A DNA stretch of 64,000 nucleotides from Octopus bimaculoides. Lineage: Eukaryota. The notes beneath the pieces were generated by a model, which saw only the letters and a list, made by a program, of their open reading frames with translations, was not told the origin of the DNA and ran no database searches. Made by a program: the position numbers and the translations under genes. Location of the stretch: contig NC_068990.1 in NCBI RefSeq assembly GCF_001194135.2, positions 24,742,389-24,806,388 on the forward strand. The letters are read 5' to 3'. Positions 12,664 through 25,114 of the stretch are shown piece by piece. Each line of letters opens with the position of its first letter. Positions within the stretch are counted from its first letter, which is position 1.

Positions 12664-12755
12664 AGGGAGACTCGCTTTTAGGGAGACTCGCTTTTAGGGG
12701 GACTAGCTTTTAGGGAGACTCGCTTTTAGGGAGACTCGCTTTTAGGGAGACTCGG
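12664..12755 (+). repeat. 16-bp minisatellite (AGGGAGACTCGCTTTT) x~5.7, with TTTTAGGG at each junction
   Basis: Read directly. One unit is a variant (AGGGGGACTAGCTTTT). Confidence 0.95.
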
Positions 12756-12968
12756 TTGCTATTTCTATCTGATTGAGTGACCAAATCAGTGATGCTTGAA
12801 ACCAAAATGTGTATGAGGCGTTTCGGCACAGCTGTTTTGCCGCCGCCTATAAGGCGTTGTTGATTCGATGCTGACTTTTTTGACATCAGATGTTTTAGCG
12901 TTCCACTCATTTCAGTCCATATTTCTCTCCTTTTAAAACGTCTCTCGTTCTTTTTCCCTTTCTCTCCG

Positions 12969-13000
<32 letters not shown>

Positions 13001-14487
13001 CCTGTGTCTTTATTTATGTGTAAACATATAGTTATGTTTGTGTAATATTTTTGTGTATGTGTAATAATTTTCTCCCGTTCTCTCTCACTCTCTATCTGAA
13101 TGTGTATATTTCTGCGTGTACATGCACAGGTATGTGTTCCCCTCCAACGCAAAAACGTACAGTTGTCAAAGCAAGTTAAATGCCTAGAAGGCCGTGCGAA
13201 ATCACCAGCGTCCAAACAGCGACACCCAATTGTCTCATTACAAACCAAAGCTGCTCTAGCTATGGGACTTCTGTTTTTTTTATCATTTATATTTTGCTAT
13301 CGAATATGTATGATCATATTATCTTTATTTAAGCTAGGATGGTATTCCTTGAGTCTAATCAGGCGGTTATTTGTAGTAGATGCATTAAGAACCCGGAGAT
13401 CTATTATACATTTATTTGTGCTCCATGGTCTTGGAATTATCAAAGAATTATTGTAAATCCCAATCACATTCGTGCATTTCTCTTAATTGATCGATAGGAG
13501 TAGGCAGCGTATCTGGAACCAAGAGTTCAGTTGAAGAAGTACTTACAAGAGTGCAAGTAAGTGCTGATACTTGTACGACCAGATCAATAGCAGTTATATA
13601 TATATGTATGTATGTATGTATATATATNNNNNNNNNNNNNNNNNNNNNNNNNNNNNNNNNNNNNNNNNNNNNNNNNNNNNNNNNNNNNNNNNNNNNNNNN
13701 NNNNNNNNNNNNNNNNNNNNNNNNNNNNNNNNNNNNNNNNNNNNNNNNNNNNNNNNNNNNNNNNNNNNNNNNNNNNNNNNNNNNNNNNNNNNNNNNNNNN
13801 NNNNNNNNNNNNNNNNNNNNNNNNNNNNNNNNNNNNNNNNNNNNNNNNNNNNNNNNNNNNNNNNNNNNNNNNNNNNNNNNNNNNNNNNNNNNNNNNNNNN
13901 NNNNNNNNNNNNNNNNNNNNNNNNNNNNNNNNNNNNNNNNNNNNNNNNNNNNNNNNNNNNNNNNNNNNNNNNNNNNNNNNNNNNNNNNNNNNNNNNNNNN
14001 NNNNNNNNNNNNNNNNNNNNNNNNNNNNNNNNNNNNNNNNNNNNNNNNNNNNNNNNNNNNNNNNNNNNNNNNNNNNNNNNNNNNNNNNNNNNNNNNNNNN
14101 NNNNNNNNNNNNNNNNNNNNNNNNNNNNNNNNNNNNNNNNNNNNNNNNNNNNNNNNNNNNNNNNNNNNNNNNNNNNNNNNNNNNNNNNNNNNNNNNNNNN
14201 NNNNNNNNNNNNNNNNNNNNNNNNNNNNNNNNNNNNNNNNNNNNNNNNNNNNNNNNNNNNNNNNNNNNNNNNNNNNNNNNNNNNNNNNNNNNNNNNNNNN
14301 NNNNNNNNNNNNNNNNNNNNNNNNNNNNNNNNNNNNNNNNNNNNNNNNNNNNNNNNNNNNNNNNNNNNNNNNNNNNNNNNNNNNNNNNNNNNNNNNNNNN
14401 NNNNNNNNNNNNNNNNNNNNNNNNNNNNNNNNNNNNNNNNNNNNNNNNNNNNNNNNNNNNNNNNNNNNNNNNNNNNNNNNNNNNNNN

Positions 14488-14551
<64 letters not shown>

Positions 14552-15299
14552 GTGTGTTCTGTGTACTATTCTCGTCGTTCTGGCTAACAGACTCTCCTTT
14601 CGCAGACATGAGAGTCTCCTTATCGTCTTTTTTTTTATCATCTTCTGACTTATTTGATTTTTGCTTTGTTTGTGTATGAGTGGTCGAGAAAAGGTGCTGA
14701 GAGCTGACTCGTGTTATTATCACTACTGGCCTACTGATAGAAATAGGATTTACAGAATGAAAGAAACAAACCAAAACAACAAAGGAATAACGAAAAGAAA
14801 GAAGGGCTATAAAGCGGTGGGGTTGTGTAAATAAAACTGTAGGATCATTGTGAGGTTTGAAAGAGAAACTAACATCAATAATTCACTTAGCACCGAAATT
14901 CTTCGTATCTTATTTTTCTTCCGATGTCGAAATACAGTCTTGAGGCAGTAATTTCTTGTTTTTTTATTTATTCTCTATTTATATTTCGTGCTTGCAGATA
15001 TATAACTGAAATAAACGAACACTTTTTCTTAGTATATATATATCTGATCTCGTGTGGCTTTAATACAATAAAATACGTTTCATTCTTTGTTTAAATCCAA
15101 ATAACCATTGTCTATCTTGGCTAATGTATTTTTTTTTTTTTTTNNNNNNNNNNNNNNNNNNNNNNNNNNNNNNNNNNNNNNNNNNNNNNNNNNNNNNNNN
15201 NNNNNNNNNNNNNNNNNNNNNNNNNNNNNNNNNNNNNNNNNNNNNNNNNNNNNNNNNNNNNNNNNNNNNNNNNNNNNNNNNNNNNNNNNNNNNNNNNNN

Positions 15300-15352
<53 letters not shown>

Positions 15353-15502
15353 AGGGAAAGAGAGAAAGATGTATGATTCTATCTAACAACCTATCAAATA
15401 TCTTTTATCTATCTATATGTATTTATCCATATATACACGCATATGTGTGTACGTGTGCGTGTGTGTGTACATATCCATGTATATATATATGTAAACACAC
15501 AC

Positions 15503-15600
<98 letters not shown>

Positions 15601-15820
15601 GGTGGANNNNNNNNNNNNNNNNNNNNNNNNNNNNNNNNNNNNNNNNNNNNNNNNNNNNNNNNNNNNNNNNNNNNNNNNNNNNNNNNNNNNNNNNNNNNNN
15701 NNNNNNNNNNNNNNNNNNNNNNNNNNNNNNNNNNNNNNNNNNNNNNNNNNNNNNNNNNNNNNNNNNNNNNNNNNNNNNNNNNNNNNNNNNNNNNNNNNNN
15801 NNNNCATATATTTATATATG

Positions 15821-15895
<75 letters not shown>

Positions 15896-16483
15896 GGTGG
15901 ATGACTAAGTTACAGTCATCTGCATAAAGGAGGTCACGAATAAGAGACTGGAAAATGTTTGAACTGGCAGTAAATCAGCGCAGATTAAGGAGGTGGACAG
16001 AAGATCGACAAGATCGACACCTGACACATATTCCCAGAGAGCTAACCTTAGCAAAAGTAACAGCAAAGTACAAAGAAAAGAGAGTTGGGGCAAGGATGTC
16101 ACCCTGCTTGACACTATTCTCTACAGGAATGAGTCCCATCATGCCACCACCAACATTGACCCAAGCCTACATCCCATCATGCCTCCATATATGTGTGTGT
16201 ATGTATTTATCATAACGGCACTCAAAGTGACTACCTGCTAGAGGGTGGAGTTAAAACCCCTTGATAAACCATGGATAGCACTGAAAAACACACAGAAAAC
16301 AACGTATCATAATTTTGAATTCTGGCGGAAAAGCCTTATCTCTCCTCAGCAAGTTTTACCAAGTGAAAAAATTCAACTCGTCACGTTGAGATCTGAATTG
16401 TTTTATGCCAAAATCAGAACAGCTTCAGTGTTAATATATTAATAAGGACTAAATGTTCAAATGCGAACATTTACATAAATATC

Positions 16484-16496
16484 ATTATTATTATTA

Positions 16497-16563
<67 letters not shown>
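16484..16563. repeat. (ATT)n microsatellite
   Basis: Read directly. Confidence 0.95.
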
Positions 16564-16564
<1 letters not shown>

Positions 16565-16625
16565 TTCTGCGGTAAATATAAATAATTAAAAATAACAATA
16601 ATATAGGTGGTTGAAGGCGTGAAAT

Positions 16626-16956
16626 AGCGTGGCTGTGTGGTAAGTAGCTTGCTTACGAACCACATGGTTCCGGGTTCAGTCCCACTGCGTGGCACCTTGG
16701 GCAAGTGTCTTCTACTATAGCCTCGGGCCGAACAAAGCCTTGTGAGTGGATTTGATAGACGGAAACNNNNNNNNNNNNNNNNNNNNNNNNNNNNNNNNNN
16801 NNNNNNNNNNNNNNNNNNNNNNNNNNNNNNNNNNNNNNNNNNNNNNNNNNNNNNNNNNNNNNNNNNNNNNNNNNNNNNNNNNNNNNNNNNNNNNNNNNNN
16901 NNNNNNNNNNNNNNNNNNNNNNNNNNNNNNNNNNNNNNNNNNNNNNNNNNNNNNNN

Positions 16957-16995
<39 letters not shown>

Positions 16996-17189
16996 TTGTC
17001 CCCCAACATCACTTGACAACCGATGCTGGTGTGTTTACGTACCCCTAACCTAGCGGTTCGGCAAAAGAGACCGATAGAGTAAGTACTAGGCTTACAAAGA
17101 ATAAGTCCTGGGGTCGATTTGCTCGACTGAAGGCGGTGCTCCAGCAAGGTCGCAGTCAAATGTCTGAAACAAGTAAAAGAGTAAAAGAG
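16626..17189 (+). mobile_element. SINE family A, full length, with the N-gap in its internal microsatellite
   Basis: Head at 16626-16766, gap, then tail 16990-17189 ending GAAACAAGTAAAAGAGTAAAAGAG. Confidence 0.9.
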
Positions 17190-17460
17190 TAATATATATA
17201 TTTTGCTTTTTTCCATTTCAACATCGATGAAGTAGAACTATAATAAAAAGTATTACAGGGTGCTTCGAGCACTAAATTTATGTTCTCTTCCGATTTTTGT
17301 ACATATAATAATAGAGAGATGATAATAGTTTTTTTATAAGTGCACAAACTTCTGTCATTATGTGACCCGCGTGCGATTCTCGAGAGCAAATAGATAAGGT
17401 GAAAAGTGAAGTAAAATTAATTGACTCCAAACGTCGAAAACCAGCTCACTGGGAACTTAC

Positions 17461-17545
17461 CATTTACATAGTGCATCACTCGTTGATCCCAATAACAATA
17501 CAGGAATACCTCACGTCGGTATTGGCTCCAAGACACCAGACTAAA
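17461..17545 (-). CDS. Candidate exon (85 nt, phase 0-1; or a first exon from the ATG at 17560)
   Basis: Consensus donor AATG|gtaagt. Only one frame is open: (MSFFK)FSLVSWSQYRREVFLYCYWDQRVMHYVN. Acceptor is gtcgtttttcaag| or, alternatively, tttag| at 17541. Confidence 0.3.
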
Positions 17546-17924
17546 CTTGAAAAACGACATAACATGAATTTTGTTTCAATTTTTTTATTCACATTTGTTT
17601 TGATAAATTGTTTGTACATATTTTTATACGTATTTTATTTGAACTTTCATTTCAGTTTTGGTATTCAGGTGTCTTTTGAATATGCTTCCTGAGACCGGCA
17701 TAAAGTCGCATAAATAGACGGAAGTTGAGGTGTATTTTTCCATTAATTAAGTTTAAAAGAAAAATATTGTGAAGTCAAAAAAGACGTAACTTGAAATGAC
17801 GTAAACTGAGGTATGCCTGCACATCAGTATCAATTCCTAATCGGAACTGTTTCATTTCAATCATGTTACTACTTCACATCAGGATATGGAGTTCAGTCTT
17901 CGGCCTCCCTCCTTCCGACCCTCC

Positions 17925-17958
17925 TATAAATAACCTAAATGCGAATTCAATATCATTC
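17925..17958 (+). promoter_or_regulatory. Putative Pol II core promoter: TATA box plus initiator (predicted TSS A17955)
   Basis: TATAAAT at 17925-17931 lies 30 nt upstream of the A in TCATTC (17953-17958, Inr consensus TCAKTY). Nearby: ETS-like CGGAAGT at 17719, CRE-like TGACGTAA at 17797, NRF1-like TGCGCGTGCGCA at 18239. The sequence is non-repetitive. Confidence 0.45.
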
Positions 17959-18665
17959 GCACTCTTCTAAAGTTGAATTCACGGTGCAGCAGTGACGCTC
18001 GGTAAAATGGATTCTTGAGAACAAACGAAAAGAAACGTTGAAAATAGCCTGCAGTCATGTTTTCGCTTTCCTTCATGTTTTTTTTTGTTTGTTTGTTTTT
18101 TTTTTGTCTTTTTTTTCCAACTGAAATTCAATTATTATTTTCAGTCTTTGATGTTAAAGAAAAATTACATTTTTTTTAATGTTTGATTAATGATGTAATT
18201 AAATCTAAAGTCTGAACACAAAAGATCACACACATACATGCGCGTGCGCACAACGTGCTATAACAGACGTTTTCAATTAGTGAAACTGTTGAACGAACTT
18301 CACTGTTTATTATTATATTAAGGTAATATTGTCTTTGTTAATGAAACGCCAACATCACATAACCTTAAACAAAGCTTTGATATTGAAATGTAATTATTGA
18401 ATGGGTAAATCTTTTCACCTTAGTGGCCAGGGGTCTGGTTGATCAAAGACACGGGATTGTTTCGTAGCAAGATATTTATTTGAGTACTACTTTATACACT
18501 ATCTAAGGATCTCCACAGTTTGCCATGCGTCTGTATATGTCCAGCTCCAATATGTGAAGTGGATATGAAACAAACACACTTCGAGATACGACTTCAATCT
18601 TTCGTATTTTTTCCATGAGAACAGCGCTGGATAAACCATTAAGCAAAATAAGAACGTGCTTAAAC

Positions 18666-19118
18666 CATTAAGAGAAGTACGGACTTATGGCATTAAGGAA
18701 AGTACGGGCTTAGGGTATTAAGGGAAGCACGGGATTGAAGCATTAAGGGAAGTACGGACTTATGGCATTAAGGGAATCACGGGCTTAAGGTATTAAGGGA
18801 AGCACGGACTTATGCCATTAAGGGAAGAACGAGCTTATGGCATTAAGGGACTATGAACTTAGAGTATTAAGGGAAGCATAGGCTTAGGGTATTAAGGGAA
18901 GCACGGACTTATGCCATTAAGGGAAGAACGAGCTTATGGCATTAAGGGACTATGAACTTAGAGTATTAAGGGAAGCATGGGCTTAGGGCATTAAGGGAAG
19001 CAAGGCTTTAGGGCATTAAGGGAAGCACGTGCTTAGGGCATTAATGGAAGCACGTGCTAAGGGCATTAAGGGAGACACGGGTTAAGGGCATTAAGGGAAG
19101 CGCGGGCTTAGGGCACTA
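18666..19118 (+). repeat. 25-bp minisatellite, consensus CATTAAGGGAAGCACGGRCTTAGGG, ~18 copies with an internal 99-bp higher-order duplication
   Basis: Units were parsed by eye. Units 6-9 are nearly identical to units 10-13, including the same 24-bp variant CATTAAGGGACTATGAACTTAGAG. Confidence 0.95.
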
Positions 19119-19404
19119 AGAAGGGAGGGGACAATTGAAATGGTAAATAGTTTTTAGCACAATCGAAATCACTTTAAACGTGCTAAAGTAATATTCGAAG
19201 TGGTTTATATGGTGGGAAATATAATTTCGAAGTGTCCATGGTGTAATAGTGAGGATCTGACCAAAGACTTTGCAATTAAGACAGAAGTAGGAGAAAACTT
19301 TTCAAATGTTACTTATTTTATTGACTCTGGCGTTTCGATGTGTCTGCCAGCTCGCCGCCAAAAACTTGCATATTATTGATCAGATATTTCACATCCCACG
19401 TTGA

Positions 19405-19423
19405 CTGTTGTTGTTGCTGCTGC

Positions 19424-19455
<32 letters not shown>
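19405..19455. repeat. (GTT)n/(GCT)n microsatellite
   Basis: Read directly. Confidence 0.95.
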
Positions 19456-19475
<20 letters not shown>

Positions 19476-20177
19476 ACTGTCCCTATTATGGTTTTTATTT
19501 AGGATCCAGAAATGCTCACACCAAGTAGACAGACTTGTGAAATGATTTAAAAAAAAAGGCGACTTTCCAGCCATGAGCATTCTGTTTTTAGACATAGTTT
19601 ATATTATATACAACTACACTTTCTAATTAGTCCATTGTCCATCTGTAAGACAATGGGATATGAATCGAAAGATATTTAGCTGCAATTTCTGGCACGTCAA
19701 GTGACGATGGAAACACTCACGCATTTTAATGTATTTGAGACTGTTGTTAAATTTCAACAATTATTATCAGTTTTCAATTAAAGTTACACAATAGAATTTT
19801 GTAACTGTAACCTCGGGCACGACTTCTATGATTATAAATATTTTCTCAATTTTAAGTCATTTTAAGATTGGGAAAACTTATTACTTCGTAGCCGAAGACA
19901 CAAATTTGCACACAATAAACAAAAATACTAACAGTATTAGCAAGCCAAACTTGAAAGATATTAGCAAGTGATATTAGCATCACAAAACAAAGGTCGGTAT
20001 TAGACGTGGGTTGACTCCAGTCAACTAAAGAATTGTAAAAGTGGTATATGATAAAATAATGCTTCCTTCTTAAGGAATTTATCCACAAACGAATTTAAAT
20101 AACTTACGTGTTCGTATGTCCTAGTATATCACTACGTGTTTCTTTGTGTGTAAATTTCTGCATGACAGCATATATAC

Positions 20178-20222
<45 letters not shown>

Positions 20223-20562
20223 NNNNNNNNNNNNNNNNNNNNNNNNNNNNNNNNNNNNNNNNNNNNNNNNNNNNNNNNNNNNNNNNNNNNNNNNNNNNNN
20301 NNNNNNNNNNNNNNNNNNNNNNNNNNNNNNNNNNNNNNNNNNNNNNNNNNNNNNNNNNNNNNNNNNNNNNNNNNNNNNNNNNNNNNNNNNNNNNNNNNNN
20401 NNNNNNNNNNNNNNNNNNNNNNNNNNNNNNNNNNNNNNNNNNNNNNNNNNNNNNNNNNNNNNNNNNNNNNNNNNNNNNNNNNNNNNNNNNNNNNNNNNNN
20501 NNNNNNNNNNNNNNNNNNNNNNNNNNNNNNNNNNNNNNNNNNNNNNNNNNNNNNNNNNNNNN

Positions 20563-20613
<51 letters not shown>

Positions 20614-22084
20614 AGAAATCTGTTTACCTCCATGTATAATTGTCTCTGTTTTCATATAGTCATATGTGTATGCATATGTATGCATATGTGCGTGCGTTTA
20701 TGCGACTTCCAGTTTTATTTACATTTAGAAAATAATTAATACCCTAAATCGTGATTTGCTAATTCCTGATAATATAGAGCTTTAAGCCAAACCGAAAGAA
20801 ACTGATATTAACTGAAGTGCACACTATATTAAAAAAAATTCTCCCCATCAACCATTTTTGAATTATTGGGTCAGCAATGAAAATGTTTTTTTTTCTACAA
20901 TTTGTCAGTCAGTGAAACCGTCGTTCACCAAGCTGCTAACTACGATGCAAACGGAAGATACTGTAGTTCATAAAGTGAAATGATTAAAGTTTAAATCGAA
21001 CTTACGTCATTCATTTTGGTAATTAACTACTAGAATATGCGATATAAATTTTCCTATGGCTTATTATTATTGTCCGACGTCAGCACATATTTTTTGGTTC
21101 TCGTTATATGCTTTCATAAGTTTTTCATATTTTTGAAATGTCATCTGCAAATAGAACCTGGAATTGTGCAGAATATTTTGTATATAAATTGGTTTTCAGA
21201 AGCAGCTACGATAGTAATATTGGATATCCGTGGACGAAGATTTCTTTTAAATAATTATGCTCAACTGTTCACTACATCGATTCAATTACATTGGCTGAAA
21301 ATGTATTCGTATAAATAACTCAAGAAGTGACTTATCGATTATTGCTATGAATATATATGACAGAATAATTTCAAATTAACTAAAATATCATGTGTGCTGT
21401 TGTTATATGACAATATTGTGTATCATACATTGTATTATTGTTCCTGTTTCACCAATAAATTATTTTGATTTATAGATGATTGAAAATTTAATGAAATGTG
21501 TCTATTTAAATATGCATATTTCAATGTATTTCTGTGCGTTTGAATTTCTAGACAGCAACTTTAATGTTAACTTGTTAAAAATGTAGCTAAGCAAATACAG
21601 GCTCAACATTGATTTTCTGTAGCCTTTGCTTCCAGTGACTTTCCGGATTAAAGATTTTTTCGAACTAGGTGATCACTTTGGTTAACACAATCTAAAGGAA
21701 GAATTTCAACCATGTTTCGTGGTCTGCTACCACAACAGCTCCTTTATAGGATCCAGTTAGCTCAAGACTAACTGGAAGTATCAAAATAATTAAATAAAAT
21801 ACAGGTACTGTACCTTAGTGTAAATCAGTGCGAATTATATATAAGAGGTTTCGGATCTTCAGTGTCCGGAAAGCAAATGTCGTACCTATTGTATTTATAG
21901 AGCCATGTGGATCGGGAGATCATAATAACTGGTAAGATGTTAGTACGACTAACATAATATAAAAATTCGTGAAAACTTTTAGTGAATTATATTGGCTGCA
22001 GCCAGTATTATAAAAGCAGTTGAAAGGGGAAAAGTTTCAAGTTTAATTTAGATATTTCGTCTTTCCAGAGAAACGTAAGATTCT

Positions 22085-22520
22085 GAGTGGCTAGTTGACC
22101 AACTAGAAACTGCAGCCAAGTCTAACTAAAATCATTCCCCTAGATTTTACCCCCAGTATTTGACTAGTACTTATTTCATCGACTCCGAAAGGATGAGAAT
22201 CAAAGTCGACCTCGAAGGAATTTGAACTCAGAACGTAATGACAGACGAAATGCCGCTAAATATTTTATCCGACGTGTTACGATTCTGCCAGCTTGTTATC
22301 TTAATGTACGAAATATACTGGTTTCAAATTTTAGCACAAGGACAGCAAGTTCGGGAAAGGGGTGAAGTCGATTACATTGACCCCAGTACTTAACTGATAT
22401 TTATTTTATTGAACCTGAAGCGTTTGAAAGGCTAAGTCGACCTCGGCAGAATTTACACTCAGACGGACGAAATGCCGTTAAGTATTTTGTCTGACATGCA
22501 AACGATCCCACCAGCTCGTC
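22085..22520 (-). mobile_element. Two tandem SINE family B copies
   Basis: Two successive GAAAGG..AAAGTCGACCTCG..GAATTTGAACTCAG..GACGAAATGCCG units. Confidence 0.8.
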
Positions 22521-22775
22521 ACCTTAATTGTGAGAAATATAGTAACTACACAATCCATGCTGCAACTCCAGGATGTTATTTTCTTACTGAAACGCTATAT
22601 TTCACTCTACTGAAACTCAGAGTATTACATTTGACAAACCACACAAACCGCATGCATAAATCTATGCGCTGCATACTCTTCTGAAAAGATTTTCCAGTTC
22701 AAACTGAATCAAATAAATTCTATAAATCTTTCCCCAGCGCAGTATAGAAAACGATCTTGCTAGTAGAGTACTAAC

Positions 22776-22914
22776 CGACTTTTTTGTATACGCTTCCTTC
22801 GATGAGATTGGGAATTCATCCATGAAAAGAGCGCCGTTGAGGCGTACAACCTTATCCACTAATCCATTCAGATATTGCTCAGTGACCAGTTTATTGATAA
22901 TGACGCTTTTATAT
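22776..22914 (-). CDS. Candidate internal exon (139 nt, phase 2-0) of an unidentified gene
   Basis: Strong acceptor aactttctttacag| and donor TCG|gttagt. The single open frame reads YKSVIINKLVTEQYLNGLVDKVVRLNGALFMDEFPISSKEAYTKKS. It lies inside ORF 22662-23003 in unique sequence. Confidence 0.4.
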
Positions 22915-23159
22915 CTGTAAAGAAAGTTGCGTGTCACTGAAAAGGAAGGACTGAAATCAACGCTTCCTGGTGCTAAAGTTGGTGAAAGAGGTACACTAAA
23001 CAAAGCAGAGAATGCATAGCGTATAGGATCATTGAAACTAGTAAGAGAATCTTATAGCCCTTTCTATATAAAGTTTACAGAATTTAAGGATGTTTTCTCT
23101 ATAAACCAACTTATGTATAGATAGACAGACAGACAGACAGATCGATCGATCGATCGATC

Positions 23160-23216
<57 letters not shown>

Positions 23217-23235
23217 GCAGACAGATACCTTTTAT

Positions 23236-23535
23236 TGTTTCAGTTACTGAAGGGTTTAGTTGACCAAATTGACACCAGTACTTATTTTCAAATCTAGATA
23301 ATTACTCTATCGGTTTCTTTCCCCGAAACGCTAGGTTACGGGGGACAAAAACAAACCAACACCAGTTGCCAAGTGGTAGTGGGGACAAACACAAACGCGC
23401 ACGCACGCACATTCATACACAATGGTCAGTCTGGGTTTATAGTAGAAGACACTTACCTAAGGTGCTATGCAATGGGACTGAACCCGAAACCAGTGATTGC
23501 CAATCAAGCTTCTTAACCACACAGCCATGCTTACG
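23236..23535 (-). mobile_element. Degenerate SINE family A copy
   Basis: TTTATTGTTTCAG...CGCTAGGTTACGGGG...GGGACTGAACCCGAAACC...CACAGCCATGC. Confidence 0.75.
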
Positions 23536-23536
23536 C

Positions 23537-23581
<45 letters not shown>

Positions 23582-23721
23582 AAGTCCTGGGAGGGTAGAA
23601 AGATGAGGTATTACCAATGTAGCATTGAACTGGAACGTAACGATACTTACACTACTATATGTGTATGTGTATGTGTGTATGTCACTGTGCGTGCGTGTGT
23701 CTGTGTCTCTGTGTGTATAAG

Positions 23722-23799
<78 letters not shown>

Positions 23800-24407
23800 T
23801 GTGTGCATCGACTGTTGATTAGTTTCAATGAATTTCCAATAATTAAATTAACGAATCATAAACTAAAAGCGTCAACAACTCTTCAATCAAAAGAGTTATT
23901 CGTAGCTGTTCTGACATTTACAGTCTGCACTTTACGCAGACGAGAGAAACTGTTTTAAACTGCATTTGTAACATTCGGAAAATCCAGCATCTTATGCCAT
24001 CCTTTTGCATCAAACGCTAGACGACTAACCTTCTTACTTAATGTATCGTCTGCTTTCCATTTTACGTGTCATATACCAACTCGTTCTTTGATGTGAAATA
24101 ATGTTGATGGTATTACGTCAGACATGATGTATGCATGATAACTGCACTTTTGCACACACACACACACGTTTACATATCTGTGTGTATATGTGCTGTGCGA
24201 GTGCATGTGTGTGTGTGTGTGTGTGTGTTTGTGTGAGTGTGTTTGGTTTGTGTCTGTGCATGTGTGTATGCGTCTGTGTAGTAATATGTATCTTCGTATG
24301 TTTGCAAGTATATATCTGTCTATGTGTATATTTAGCAAGGTTATCTATGACAAAAATCATGCTGTGTGCGTGTTTGTGTGTGTGTATATGTGGAGAGGGA
24401 GTGAGAC

Positions 24408-24446
<39 letters not shown>

Positions 24447-25114
24447 ACAGATAGCTCAGTTATAAAGAGGGGGCTTTTTTATTATTTCTTTCTAATAGGT
24501 CACTGTTGTTATGTTTATTCAGCATTTCTTCAAGAACATGAAGTGGATGAGCCACTGTGAAGGTAGAGTTATCCGAGAACTTTAATCCTTTGCCTATTTT
24601 GTGTATCACATCTGACACAAAGGATATATTTCCCTGGCGTCCAACTCGGGGCTTACAAAAAAAAAAGTTTTATATTTTTCAGTACGTATGAAATAAGGGT
24701 CAACTAATAGCTTGAAAATAAGCATAGATGTTTAAAACAAGTTTCTGAAAATCCTTTGAACAGGAGAAAAGTTGATTATATTTTCTATTTTTGATCTGTC
24801 TTACAATTACTTTGCTCTTCAATAACGATTTCATAAGAGGTACCTAAAGTTCACAAGAGAAAGCAAGTAACAACATAAACAGTATGAATTTTAACATTAT
24901 CGAGTTTAACAAGAAGCAGCTAAAGTTCATAAGTGACAGCAAAAACGCTATAAAGAATATAAACTTTAACATCAACAGGAATATAAATAGTAAATAACTC
25001 TACATCAATATTAAATACAACTACGTTAGAAGTGGCTGCAATGGTCAATATTTTAAATAACACTTTACTTTATCATGGAAAGTTACCTGATTCATGATTT
25101 AAAATCTTAATATA

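Noticed and set aside
13260-13600. Minus-frame peptide with KCIIDLRVLNA, resembling the retroviral RT motif (R.C.DYR.LN)
   Set aside because: No flanking RT motifs, LTRs or gag/integrase remnants, so a short chance match is likely.
15508-15901. Identical ~100-bp sequence on both sides of the 15607-15804 gap
   Set aside because: CATATATTTATATATG..(TG)n..TAGGGTGGA flanks both sides. This is most likely an uncollapsed contig overlap rather than a biological duplication.
18666-19118. CRISPR-like appearance (constant CATTAAGGGA plus a variable segment)
   Set aside because: The variable parts are ~15-nt variants of one another, the period is 25 bp, there are no cas genes, and the context is eukaryotic. 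It is a minisatellite.
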